This document shows positions 50,829-64,000 of a DNA stretch of 64,000 bases, one piece after another. Each line of letters starts with the position of its first letter. Positions within the stretch are counted from its first letter, which is position 1. The notes under the pieces were generated by a model. It was not told the DNA's origin, made no database searches, and worked only from the letters and a program-made list of their open reading frames with translations. The DNA lies in assembly GCA_051362555.1 (NCBI GenBank), contig CM120646.1, forward strand, positions 11,594,001-11,658,000, written 5' to 3'. The position numbers and the translations under genes were made by a program. This DNA is from Lingula anatina. Its lineage: Eukaryota; Animalia; Brachiopoda.

Positions 50829-53800
50829 ATGGCGGGGGAACGATGGCTATTTTCTCAGTCACAACTTATCAACACCCCCAGCCGAGCATGTGGGATAGAC
50901 TACGACAGAGAACTATCCTATAGACAACAGGCTGCCAACTTCATACAGGACATGGGACAACGTCTCCAAGTGTATCCTTTCTCTGAAAAAATTCAGTTCG
51001 AGTGGAGGCCCCCCCTACAACACGTGGAAGCGGATTTTCATTGTCTGGTTTGAATTTGCCGGTTTGTTAGACGCTATAATCGATCGTAAATATGCACTTA
51101 AATGCGTCCTCTAAGACCTAGAGATCCTTAAATTAACTTTAGTTGTAAAATTTTGGTAGAGCTTTCGCCCGTTTTCTTAAAAATTGACTTACTTTGAAGA
51201 GCCGGTTTGACGCGAACCCTCTCCACCGGAAGTGCAGTTATGACATGGAAATGCACACAACAGAGCGAATAGCTATTGTCATCTCCTCTTAGTTATAATG
51301 TTTTACTTTTATGTGTGAACAAACAAATAGCTTTTTATTCCTTAAATCTAGTAATATCATTCCACAACGTTACATATTTAGTTTTGATCGTTTAATCTGA
51401 CATGAATAATAATAATAAAAATGAAATAAGTCATGTCAGGTCATTGGTGTTGAAATGTGCTTTGTTTTTTTTCTTGAATTGGTGGACACTAAAAGATTTA
51501 TTCTAAAAAGTGATGGTGAAACTAATAGATGTGACTTGGTAAATGAAAGCAGATAATCACAATTATTGAAAGTATTCACACTAAAATCTGCTGTTACTTT
51601 CAACAAAGATGATGTAAGACATGTTTTGGTGACTGAGACTTCGTCATTTTAAGTTATGATTCATTGTCTCATTTTGTTACTGTCATATATAATTTTGATG
51701 CTATAAAAGGAGAATAGATTTTTAAAACATTCATTAACTGGATTGGATTTAAATGTTTTTATATATATTTTAAGTGGCTGATTTCCTTAACCAAAATTCC
51801 ACAGAACTCAACTATGTATCAACACCGCCATTGTCTATATGCACCGTTTCTACATGTTCCAGTCCTTCTCAAAATTCCACCGCAATGTAAGTAATTTAGA
51901 AAAGTTATATTTAAGTCATTTACATTGGAGTCGCTCACAGCATAAGGTCTGTTTAAATTTGCAAACAAGTTGGGCTCAAAATTCATTAGATATATTAAAG
52001 CATATATATATATTTAAAGGGGTGCAATTTTAGTCTTTGTAGGCAGAATATTCCTCTCTTATAAAACTTCAAATGAGAGACTTCAGAGTGTTACATTTGT
52101 AAGCTTATTTTTGGAGGGATAAAAATGGCAAATTGTAATAATGGCAAAATGTAATAAAAATCAATTGGTGTAAATTACAACATGCAAGTTATTAATCATG
52201 AAACATGATTTTATTACTACACATAGATTTAATAAATAAAAAACTCCTACTTGAAAAGGACTCACCAGTGCAGTTATATAACCTAGACTAGATGGGTTAT
52301 TAGTTTGTATTCACTGCAAGTATATGTCATGCAGGTTTAAGTTTCTGAAATAAATCCTGAAAATTTTCCCTTTCATTTTATCATTCTGTGTTTCTACTGG
52401 TACTTTCAGAGCATGTCAGCAGCCTGTATATTCCTGGCAGCCAAAGTAGAAGAACAGCCACGTAAACTGGAGCATGTTATTAAAGTGGCTCACATGTGCC
52501 TCCACAGAGAGCCTTTAGACGTGAAGAGTGAGGCATACCTAGAACAAGCACAAGAACTTGTGATAAATGAAAATATTCTGTTGCAAAGTTTAGGTAAGTG
52601 TTGTCTTGGGTTAGATTTCATTGGTTTTTTTTTAGATGTTTTTGAAAATAAGTAAAATATGCTAGTTTTATGTTGAGCATAAAGAATATTTTGAACAGTG
52701 AAGAGCTGATATTACTTTATTAACTCATGGGAAAACATTTATATTGTAGTTTACTAGTTAGTTTATTAGTAGGAAGCACCTGCAAGTTATAAGCAATATG
52801 TCCTTTCCTAACTCTTGAAAATATGATAATTCCTTATAACCATGGTTCTGGGATGTTCATATATTTGAGTCCGATTTTTTTAATTTCAGGTTTTGACGTG
52901 TCCATTGACCACCCTCACACTCATGTAGTTAAAACCTGTCAGTTGGTCAGAGGTAAGAGTTTGGTCTTTGGAGGTAAACTGCATGCTTTTTACCACATCT
53001 TACACAGCAGGCAGACTTCACTGTGTCTTTATTTGATAATGTGTACAAACGGGAACAATTTGTTATCACTTCCTTGTTTTGAGTTCCTAGAAAAAAAATC
53101 GCAGATGCCGAACGTCACGTTTGAAGGGTGTTTAAGAGGGGATCAGGGGGAGTGAAAACGTTTGAGCCTTGAAAGGAAAGCAATTGTAGCAGCAGTATTT
53201 GCTTGTGGTTATTATTGATATTGTATTTGATAAAGAGGGTTGGAACAGGTTTTGTCATGCTTTGGGGCGAAATATTCGTGAAGAGCAACAAGAGGTAAGA
53301 ATTCAATATGCAGAAAAATTAAATAAATAAATAAGAGCACCCAAATCATTAGACAGACAGACATAGATAAAATTAAATGTTGAATTACATCAAGTGACCA
53401 AGCCATACATCTAGTCTGAGGTAAGTTGCTTTGTTAGGTGCATAACAAAATTTGAAGGAAATTTTGGAGAGTTCATGTGGAAAATTGTTCCTGGTGATAC
53501 TGCAGGGAGTATTGAATTATAATTTAAGAAGGAAATGCTTAATTTTGTTTTATTATTACTGGAGTATACTTGGGTAGCACTAGCAATTTTTTTTTTATTT
53601 TGCTTTTAAACCAAGTCACTGTTTTTTTTTTTAAATCACTTTTTCCTCTATATGTTTAAAATCCGAATAAAACAAAATCAACTCTATTTTGTTTAGCCAA
53701 TTTAATTCAGTTTTAGTATTTGGCTAAATTGGCGAGTGTTAGCGCTACCCTAGGTATAATAAATCAACTTGTGCTTAAAGGTAATGAAAGACCACTGACT

Positions 53801-55952
53801 GTGTAAGTCGGTTTCCTATCACAAATATGTTGTCTGTCCACAACAATGATAATAATCCAACTATCATTTGGTAAGATTATTTTTTGTGTTTGGCCAAAGT
53901 CGTGCAGAGGGCACGTTCAGAATTTCCCAACACTTGCTTGAATTTATGCAGTCTTCATGAACGTAGAACTAAAACTTTTTTAAAGTGTTCAGAAGGTAGA
54001 ATTCATAATGCAATTATTATGATTATCATTGTTATTTTTTGTATTGTTTTCACTTGTGTTTCTTAGTTTTAAAACATACCGTGTACCAATATACTTCAAC
54101 AAATTTGTAACTTTTTAGTAAAAACCAATGTTAATTTTAAAACCTGACCATTTCTAACCCCACATGTTTTATTTTTTAAAGGTTGCAAGTAGATTGTAAA
54201 AAGGAGTTCCTGCAAATGCTGTTGCATGAAAGCTCCATGATATGTAACATGTCAATAAAACGGCAGCAAAGATGCTATGTAAAACTAGCACACATTATTT
54301 AACAGTAAAATGCTGCAGCATTTCTTCAAGGGGAGCATGATGGAGTGCAATTTTTAAAAATATTTTGATGCTATTATTGTCTAGTTCAAAGGGTAGAATT
54401 TTTCAGCCAGTAATTTTAAAGTACCAGGTTGCAGCATTTGACAATCATGGAGCAATATTGTTACATGAGTTTGAACAACATAAATTTATAAATTTAAAAA
54501 TTTGAAACACAAATTAACTAGTTTCTGTCCTGTTTTCCTATGTAGAAAATGCAGCAGCTTGTTTCACAAGAAACTTTACAGTTTGTTTTATGTAAAAAAA
54601 AAAAAAGCAAACCAATAATGCAATCAGCTTTTTTTCTTTCCCAACTGTGCTCGTGCCTGCCCATGTGCTGACTTCTGGGGTGCGTCCAATCACCTTCCGC
54701 CATGATTGATTGACGATGTCCACCATTACAGCCAGCAAGGATCTCGCCCAGACATCCTATTTCCTGGCAACCAACAGGTGTTTGTTGTCACTTAAAAAAA
54801 CCAACCTTACACCCCTGTGCCTGGCAGTGGAATAGTCCAAGCTCCACTCATCACCAGAGAGGGCAAGTCTGTTCCATTGTTGAGGATGGGTGGTGCAAGT
54901 AGTTGTTTGCTGTCCTTGTGGCTATGAACAAGTGCCTTGTGTATAATTTCTACTTAAAGTTTTTTAAGTAAATGGTGCCACAGTGGTGCTCTACAAAGGC
55001 TGACATGGGCATCATTAAAGTGCAACAGTGGTGCTGAGAGTGTTCAGGCATAGAGATGTTTTATCAAAATTTAGACCAAAAAGCACATGGTCATTTGCTT
55101 TCTTAAAAGATCATTTTCTATTTGATATCTATGTGTATGTTGGGTGTATCGTAAGATCTCTACTGGATTAATATTTTGATTAAGTCTTGATAATAATTTA
55201 GGAAAATTACGGATCCAAATTGGGGCAAGAGAATTTAACAGTTGAAGCCTGAGTACTGTCAAATGAAATTCATATAGGTAAAAGTTATCTGAAACCAGAA
55301 AACTGCCCCAGTTTTGATTTGGTATTATTTTTTTAAAGAGTAAAATTCACATTTTCCCAAGATGCACCCAACCACTGCTCTGCAAAAATGGAAAGAATAG
55401 TTCAAGTTTTACTTTTAGTCAGAAAAGAAGAAAAACCGAGATCATTTCTTCTCGAAATATCTTGAGACTTAGGTGTATGAAGCTTTACCAATGTTTACTT
55501 GAATTATTCCGTCCTTAGCAAAGCAGTTATTAAAAGAAAATGCTCAGTGCTATGTGTCAAGGTCTAAAACTGAAAAGATGAAGCAAAAGTTTACAGAAGG
55601 GACAGCCTGATTCTGAAGAAAATTAAAAGAAAAATGCTTCAAAAGTACCATCTATAAAATCATTTTCACTTTTTCAGACTCCCCTTCTGTACACTTCTGT
55701 TTTCTCTGAACAGTGAAATCATGATCTTCAATTTCAGGAATTTATTTCAGGAAGGCAGGCACACACACACACACACACACACACCTTTGCAATTGACTCA
55801 TGTTCATGGCAATTTATTGCATAAATTGAGTTTTTTTTCCTCTTTTTTTCTCTCCAGTCTCCACCTGACTGATATGTGCCTACGTCATAAGCCCACTGTG
55901 GTGGCTTGCGTTTGTATACATCTGGCTTGCAAGTGGTCCAGTTGGCAAGTAT

Positions 55953-55993
<41 letters not shown>

Positions 55994-58900
55994 CATCATT
56001 TAACCTGTCTGTACTTTATTGTCCCATCTCCTTTTCATTTCTAATGGAATGTTTCAGCTAGTAGCCAGTTTGTGTTTATTCTAGACTAGTTTGTTTCCAC
56101 TTCTTTTTCTTTTGTCGATTGGTTGTTTTATTGACATATAGATAATTTTATGCTGTTTTATTGACATATAGATAATTTTATTTTGCTGGAAATTTTTCTT
56201 AACCCTAGCCAAGAAAAAATAAGAAAAAACCACAAACTGAATTATAAGTTAGTATTTTTGCAATAATTTAAATGTTAGCTTTAAATGCACATCTTAGAAA
56301 TGGTGAGGATGTTATAAAATTGTGGTGATTAATGTGTAAACAAAAAAAAAGGATTAAGTGTATGTAAAAATATTTTTCTAGATTCCAAAGTCCAGTGAAG
56401 GCAGAGATTGGTTCTGGTATGTTGACAAATCTGTCACCATGAAACAACTGGACGGTAAGTTAATTGCACTTCACCCTCACATTGAAATCCTTGGGCATAT
56501 CAATACATCTGTCAGGAATGTACTCTGTTATAGCCTTCCTCATTTCCTATATCAAAGGGGCCTATTTGAATTTTGGTGTGGGTATAATAGTATGGTTTTA
56601 CATTTTTTTCTTAAATCTATATACATTTTTCTCTTCTCCCTTCCTAAAAAGCTCATTTCACTAAATTAATAGCAACTTGAAAAAGATAATAAAATGCCAG
56701 CAGTAAAGTTATTATATATTTTAAAAAGATTGCACAAGATTGTGCATATTTTAAGTAAAATGTTGTACAAACATCATTTTTGTCTTGATAATTGTTATTA
56801 TTTTATTTATTTTTTTTATACTTTGATCATATTTTTACATATTCCAGAGTTGACCCACGACTTCCTTTCAATCCTAGATAAATGTCCTAGCAAGTTGAAG
56901 AAGAAGATATTAACATGGAAGGTGGGCTTTATTTACAACTCTAACAGTCCAGCTTGCTTTCATCTGTCACTTGTCTTCCATGTCACAAAAGAATTTCAGA
57001 TTGCAAGTTGCACTCACTTTTAAGATTTAAGCCTTTTAAGATCAGCATAGGGATTTCCAACAATTGCCATAAAAGTTGATAGACATTAAGTTAATCCTGA
57101 AATTGTTAAAAATTTGGATATTGTTTGATTGTTGAGTGACTTAAAACTGTAAGATTTTCAAAAGGTTGCACAGATGACCATATTGTGTTTGTCTTTACAA
57201 ACTCCCAGCTTTAAGGCAAACAGTATTTAAAATGAAGGTTCTAAATGTGGAAATCGGTCAAGAGCCAACAACTCTGACTCGGGTGCATATTATTTATTCC
57301 TTGAATTTTTCTTCTTTTTGTAGCCAGTAGAGTAAAAAAATATTCTTAGTAATTTTATTCTTTGAAATGGTATCATACTCTTCTTCATTGCTGTTTTTCT
57401 TTTTCAGACCTCATTACAAAGTGGAGGACTTTCAGAAGAGCAACGCAGGGACCAAGAGGGGCCAGACCCAAAGAAAGCAAAACTAGCGCCATCTACATCA
57501 AGTAGTAGTGCAGCCTCTAAAGGAGCACCCTCATCTTCAGGCTCATCAACTAAAGTGGTGCCATCTGCTACAGTGACTTCATCTTCTGCTGGCGCGGCTG
57601 GAAATGGTGCCCACCAGCCGCAGAAGAAAGCTGAGCATGGGAACATTTTTCAAAAGTTTGAACAAACAGAGACTAAGACACTGAAAACTGACAGTGCCGG
57701 AAGTGGTCATCCAGGTCAAGGGATTTCTGCCATGACCTCCAGCTCGACTCACAAGCCACCCGAAAAACACACCACGTCGCTCAAAGAGTACCGAGAAAGG
57801 AAGGAGAAAAGTGCCCAGGAACGCTTGGTGCAGAAAATGAGTAGCAGCGCTGATGTTAAAGTGGAGGAGGAATTAGAACCAGGTGAGATTCCCGAGGACT
57901 CTCCTCATCCCAAACAGCACTCGGGTGACCAGCGCCGATCTCATTCTCACTCAGAGATGAGGTCTGGTAAAGAGCCTTCCCACAGGACTGACCCTTCTCA
58001 CAGGGAGAAATATTTGGCCGATTTACATCGCAGGAAACTTGGCGAGTCTCGGTCGGCCACTGATCAAAGAGCTGGTGATGACAGGACTCGTGTGGCATAT
58101 GAACGTGAGAGGGGAGGAGCAGGCGACTCCACATTCACTAAGCACTCCACCCACTCTTCTAGACCTGAAAAGCATGGGTTTTCTGGAGGGCAAAGGTCAG
58201 ATGGTCGTCGGGAGGGCTCGGGTCAAAGGTCACATGGGCAGTCGAGGCATGAACAGCAAAGACACGAATCAGTAACGAGGCCTTCTGCGAACAGTTATAG
58301 CTCAGAGCAGCAACGCAGCCTTGAACTAAGCGTACATAATCAACAGCACTTTAACGAAATTAAGAAAGCTGCTGCTAAAGATCGCCACAGTGTTGGCCAC
58401 CCAGGTAGCAGTAGTATAGGTGGGTCAGGTAGCTCCTCTGCGCCACCTTCAGGAAAACATAGTGGTAGCACAAGATCTCACACTTCTGCAAAACATCCTG
58501 CTTCTGAGTCGCGCAAACGGGAACTAAGTCCTGCTGGTGGTCCGCTGAAATTAAAAATATCTACCTCATCTTTAAAGACAACATCCCCACACGCCCCACC
58601 ACCACTGAAAGTACAGCGACGTGATCAGATGTCGTCTTCGTCATCTCAGATTACTGTTCCGCCTCCACCAGTACCTGCAGATTCACTACAGAGTGAGGTC
58701 CAAGCTGCTTTGTTTTCCGACAGTGAACACAATGGCAGTAACACGGGATCGCCTCAAGTCTCCCAACCTTCAACACCAACTCAAGATGCACTGACCAAGA
58801 TTCAGATGAATCTGCAGCAAGTCATTGAGATGAAAAAAGCCACGTTACATCGCCAGTTGCAGCAACAGCAGCATCAACAGCAGTTTCCCCCCTCCTCAGG

Positions 58901-59012
58901 GACTTATAATGCTAGCCAGCAGCAGCAAAACTTTCCGTATGGACAGCAAAGTCACCAATTGCCACCAATGCCAGACCAGCCACCACCTCCGCCTCCACCA
59001 CCTCCGCCCTGA
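50829..59012 (+). CDS. CCNT: Cyclin T (P-TEFb regulatory subunit), 9 exons, ~786 aa
   Basis: Exons 50829-50971, 51805-51886, 52410-52593, 52890-52952, 54732-54777, 55858-55948, 56382-56454, 56848-56921, 57408-59012; phases consistent. Cyclin T signatures: [97 protein letters not shown], His/Ser-rich tail and poly-Pro end. Confidence 0.96.
50972..51804 (+). other. U12-type (minor) GT-AG intron 1 of Cyclin T
   Basis: 5' splice site GTATCCTTTC; consensus branch site TTTCCTTAAC at 51782-51791, 13 nt before the exon. Confidence 0.93.
53569..53753. mobile_element. MITE (family of 44642-44813) in Cyclin T intron 4
   Basis: TIR CTTGGGTAGCACTA / TAGCGCTACCCTAG; GTATA duplicated (53564-53568, 53754-53758); shared internal TTTGGCTAAATTGG.GAGTGTTAG. 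Confidence 0.8.
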
Positions 59013-61649
59013 TCGCCCACCGGGGGAACACTCTCTACCTATTGTGGGAGATATCTGGAACGAGGTTGATGTATGGAATTTCTGCTTTATATTAACTGGA
59101 GAGTTTTCATATAGCCCACTCCAGTGAAAGGATGTTATCAATGCAATTACGGAGATGGGTCTGTAAATTTTGAAGCCTTATGTTGCTAGTTGGGGTTGGA
59201 AAAAAAAAGTGAGCATACAAAACATAAATCCAGATTTCTTGATAATAAGCAGTTACTCGTTATTTATACTAGTACAAGGCTAAAGTTCATTTAATGCTAG
59301 AGTCTTCATTAGATAATGGGTATGGACTCTTTGGATCCCTACAAAGATGGGGGGGAGGGGTGCATTTCTCAGGCACTGTTACATTATATAAGAGTATACA
59401 AATTGCCTTCTTCAGGTTCCTTTATTGGAAACCCAAAGTATATAGGAATGCCCTGTGTATGCAAACTGAATCTTTTAATGTTGCCCTGGAAATTCTACTA
59501 GTGGGATATGCATGCTTTCCACCTTAGACCAGGCACAAGGAAGCTAACAGAAAAAAAAAAAAAACCTAAAAAGTACTGGTCTCTCTGTGGTGCACGGAGT
59601 TCTGTGTTATTCTGATGTTGCAGATTGGGGTGCATTATTGTGCCATCTTAATCAGAAGGAAAAAGGGGGTGTTTGGTGCAGGGCACTTTGCATTTGTTTT
59701 GTGATTTATTTATTATCATTTATTTTAATGATTTTGAGAAAAGATCATTTGCGAGTAGCTTCTCCTGCAAGCTTTGACCACTGTCCTAAGTAGTGGGGAA
59801 GAAATTGTGCCAACAAAATGGGTAGCGAGGTTCATTTGATTTGATGCTCGTAGAAATACTTATTGTACAACTTACTTCACTGTTTGTATATGTAATCCCA
59901 ATTAATCAAATGTTAAAGTGGTCAAAAATGGGGTCTACTTTTTTTTTTTTTTTTCTTTTTTTAAATAGGAAAATGCGTAAGTTGATGTCTGTTTGTAAAT
60001 TTGTTTTGTCTGGCAACAATTAAGTGATGAATGTTGCACCAGATTTTGTATTGAATGTGATAGTAGGGTTTCTATTGGTAGAATACCAAGAAGGTACTCC
60101 TTAAATGTTCCAAAAAAGTTTCTATTCCTCTTTTGCGGTTGTAATGCTCTGCTAAATTGTCACTCATCAATTCTCTCAGTTAAAAGTAGTTTACATATTG
60201 ATCGTTGTTTTATTTATGGAACCATTTGAAATTAATTCAGCACAAACATACTTATGTACTACAGAAAAAAAAATCAATTTGTTGAGTTTACCTTTTTGCA
60301 GGGAGCAACTTTAGCTTAGAGTGTTTCTTCATGTTAAATTTGGTAAATAGATATGTGTATGGTGTGAGGCAGCTTTGAGGGTATTTTTTGTATAATATCA
60401 CTGTTATAAGTGGTACAGATTTTGTTGCTTGCTGACAGATTGCCCACTACAGGTATTGCAACTAGAAATGTTTTTGTCTGCTCAACAATGTGGTTATCAT
60501 TGCAAAGTCTTGCTATTGAAAATTTGTCCACCGTTCCTCAGCGAAGTTTATGAAAGGAAAATGTTATCATGTAACCTTGGTGTATTGTGTGGATATGAAG
60601 TTGGTTATTTATATTCTGCTTAATACTATTCGGTAATTAAGATAAACCTAGATAATAAAGATACTTTTCTGAGCCTTGATAAATCTGGGAATTCAAATGT
60701 AATTCGCAAAGGTTTTAAATAGTCACTGAACCATACATTCTTATGTATATTTTCCTTTGCTTTTATCTATAAATTGGTCAGAAATTGGCACAAGAAGATG
60801 CAATATCAATATAATACTTAAATATTGTTTAATGTTAGATGTTTTAGTTTAAGTTAACTTTTATTGTTCACATGTGGTATGGCCACCAAACTTTCCTGAA
60901 ATCTTTCCAACAAAATCCAAAATATTTATTTTCTAAGTTTTGGTTAGCTGATAAATAAAAATGTTTTTCAGCACTGACAGAGATGTCAGTTTGACAGTAA
61001 TCAGTATAATATATCTACTAGTCTAGGATAGAGATAGGCATTATGGGCTATTTATCCACTCCCCAAAAATTGACTTATTGTACATGTTCAGGGTCCATTA
61101 TTCCAGTAATATTATATTATCTGTAGAAGTCTGAGTAGATAGCTTTATTTGTGAATCTGGCCCTGTATTTGTATTATAAATTATGAGTGCAGTGTTGAGG
61201 GAATCCAGAACTTGAGACGGCTAAGAAAGTAAACAATTCAAAACGAGATATTAAAAACTGAACAAGCATAAAAAATTTATGGCATATGTAATGTGCGAAA
61301 AAAATATAAAAAATTTAATAAAAATTGTAAAAGTAAAACAAAAAATGTTGTTTACATGTATTATTTTTTCATTGAAATTTTGGTTACATGATGCTATGAT
61401 ACTTCAAAATTAAAAACAAAGTCAAAACTGATGTTCAGGATCCAGTCCCTTGCCGTGAATAGCTATCACAAAATGAGCACGGTATCATTCTTTGGCCTGA
61501 ATTACCCAAGTGTTGCATGCAGGCAGCTAAATTGAAATTTATTTGGGTACCACCAGAAATTTGCAGCAAAAATCCACATGGTGTTTCAGACTGGAGTTAT
61601 ATTCTGCTTTGCAAAGAAGTCCATCCTCCAGACCACTTCTTCAACAATG

Positions 61650-63726
61650 TCAACCATTTTTTTTCTGACTTGAGCATCTTGCCATTTGTTTGGCCCAGAA
61701 ATCTCCTATCTTTGGTATCACTGCTACAACAAGGAATGGCAAGAGTAGAAACTTGATAAAAGTGAAAGCATAAAATACTAATATGGAGCCCTGGGGACCT
61801 TTGACGTAGTCCGACCCCTGACACAGAGCAAGACTAAGTGGCAGGGAGATGGCAGTGCGTACTATATTGAACTCCTTGAATTCTTTCTCCATCTTGATGG
61901 CCATACCTAAACCTAAAAAGAAAAGAATTACAGACTGAAATAAAATACAGGATATACTAATGGCCAAATGGCAGATTGAAATCTTGTGGTAAAATTAATG
62001 GTAGTACAAGGTACAAAAATTTATACACATTTTAAAATATATATATAATGTAATACATAAAAGAAAGTGAAATGAAAAATTGTTCAAATCTGTTCTAAAG
62101 TGTGGGACACGCACACGTAAGAGATGATAATTACTCAGTCCAAAGATTCTTTTTTGAAACCTGACCCCAGATTTGTTTGACCTACCAAACAGAGCACCTA
62201 CATCCCTGACCAAAGCGGCAAATGGCGTGGTGTCCAAATGAACCCAAGCTGACTGTGCACACCATTTCTGAGCCAGCGGTAAAGTCCAGGCGGGGTCAAG
62301 TCCCAGGAAGTTAAATATCCAGAACTGACCACTGGCGGAAACAAGCAGGAATACCCCAACCAGAACGTGGTGTACCAGGCTCATGTCGTGTGTTGAGATT
62401 CTGCTGAAGATGACTGCTACCATAATACCTAGAATAAATGCCCTCTCTTTTATAATTTTGTAATTAACCTGATACTCTATAAGGGAGAACTAACATGGTC
62501 TACATTGATCATTTTGAAATGTCAGTTTGTTACATCTGAACATCAGTGGTACCTGACTGAATTAGCTCTAAATCAGTCCACTACATACAAACTGAACACT
62601 GTTTAGCTGTAATAATATATAATTGTTTAAAATCTAAACAGCATGCAGTACATGAAATAGATATGAAAATATAATCTTACCTACAGCGGTTCCAAAAATT
62701 ACTTGATGGGGGAAATGTGTGGCGATGAAACATCTAGACACATTCACAGTGAAAAGAAACGCAGCAAAAAAACTCCAACCTATCATCTTCCACAGTCTGA
62801 AGTAATATTGAAAAACATACGTCATCCTCTTTAACACTTCATTTTAAGATAACAATCTATTCTAATCAAATTTCTGAATATCTCACTGATTCAGTATGTC
62901 ATGCAAAAAGAAAAAAAATCACATCAATAACACAATACCCATCTGCCATTCAAACCCATCCTCAAGGCTATTATACCTACCTTGAATGTGCTCCCTGTCC
63001 CAGTTTATAATGTATCAGTGAAGAGATGATAATATACCATACACTGGCAGTGACCATGGCATGGCCTGATGGACTGCCTGAAACACAAAATACAATCACA
63101 TTATTATCTATCCTTTAAGTTGCTGACGATGTACTGCAAAATAATTTCTATAAAAATAACTAGTAATTGGTTTTGTAAAACAAATAAGCTGTTTAAATTC
63201 CTACGTTTTATATCCAAATATTTGCTAACAGTAGTTGTTCAAGGTTCTATGGATGTACATGGTTAGGGTGGGGGGGATGAATATCAACAATTTTGTACAA
63301 CAAAATTAGACAAAGCCAATTACAAAATATGTTTGAAATTCAATTTAAGGCATTTGTCTTATTTAACCATAACAACTGATAGCAGAATTAGTTATTTTAA
63401 AGGGTTAACACAATAATCCAAAAGAGAAAAGAATAGTATCTCTAATAAAACTTTTTTGCTACATTAAAAGTAAAAGACACATTGACAAAAGTTTATTAAT
63501 AAGAAACAACAATATAAAATGCTGGGGCAAAGCTTATGTTAAGTTTTCGCCCCAACAAAAAATAATTGCCTTTTTTTTTTACCAAATCCTGGTAAAATAT
63601 TACATCATGTTAATATTACCTGGTCCTGTTTCACAGGTTAATCTGAACTGGTCTAGGTGTGGGGGTGATATACCATACAGGTCTGTTATCTTGACCCACC
63701 AGTAAGGCCTGTGTCCATATAAAATC
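61650..63726 (-). CDS. G6PC: Glucose-6-phosphatase catalytic subunit (PAP2 family), 3' five exons; 5' end outside the window
   Basis: Exons (minus): 63726-63620, 63077-62981, 62796-62681, 62428-62186, 61912-61650. Motifs [49 protein letters not shown]; C-terminal KKNG (KKxx ER retention). Confidence 0.93.
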
Positions 63727-64000
63727 CTGAGTAAATGAATAAATATATTTAAAATACATGTGTGCGCATGCATGTGTATGTGCACACATACAGTATGTAC
63801 ATATTGTGTATAAACTCAACGATTCATGAAGAGGGATAATGAGTTACAAAGAAGTGTTATTAAATGCATACATATCACAGCCCATTTTTTACCCTCTCAT
63901 TCAGTTTAACAGTAATGGAGTAGTACACATGTAACAGTGATTTTGTGTAAAGAACATTGGAAGAATCAACCTGCATGATGCCATATTAAAACCTAAGATC

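Overview
AT-rich, intron-containing animal genomic DNA, most likely a lophotrochozoan invertebrate (inferred from the gene and transposon content; the species cannot be determined). From left to right the window holds: a decayed Academ-like DNA transposon (1-3755) and Harbinger relics; an intact 8-exon CYP2-clan cytochrome P450 (minus strand, 503 aa); a tandem array of two-exon glycosyltransferase family 92 (GT92/DUF23) genes (4 intact copies, 1 orphan first exon, 1 3'-end relic) built on a ~3.8-kb unit, with the third spacer inflated to ~15 kb by nested transposons; a head-to-head KANSL2 / Cyclin T pair, each gene carrying one U12-type minor intron; and the 3' five exons of a glucose-6-phosphatase gene. 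I assembled the gene models by hand from splice signals and checked them for reading-frame continuity. I see no clearly novel prokaryote-style system. The most interesting signals are the mosaic GT92 array, the nested transposon stack whose empty sites are visible in paralogous spacers, six MITEs with 5-bp target duplications, and the splicing and synteny features of the KANSL2-Cyclin T pair.
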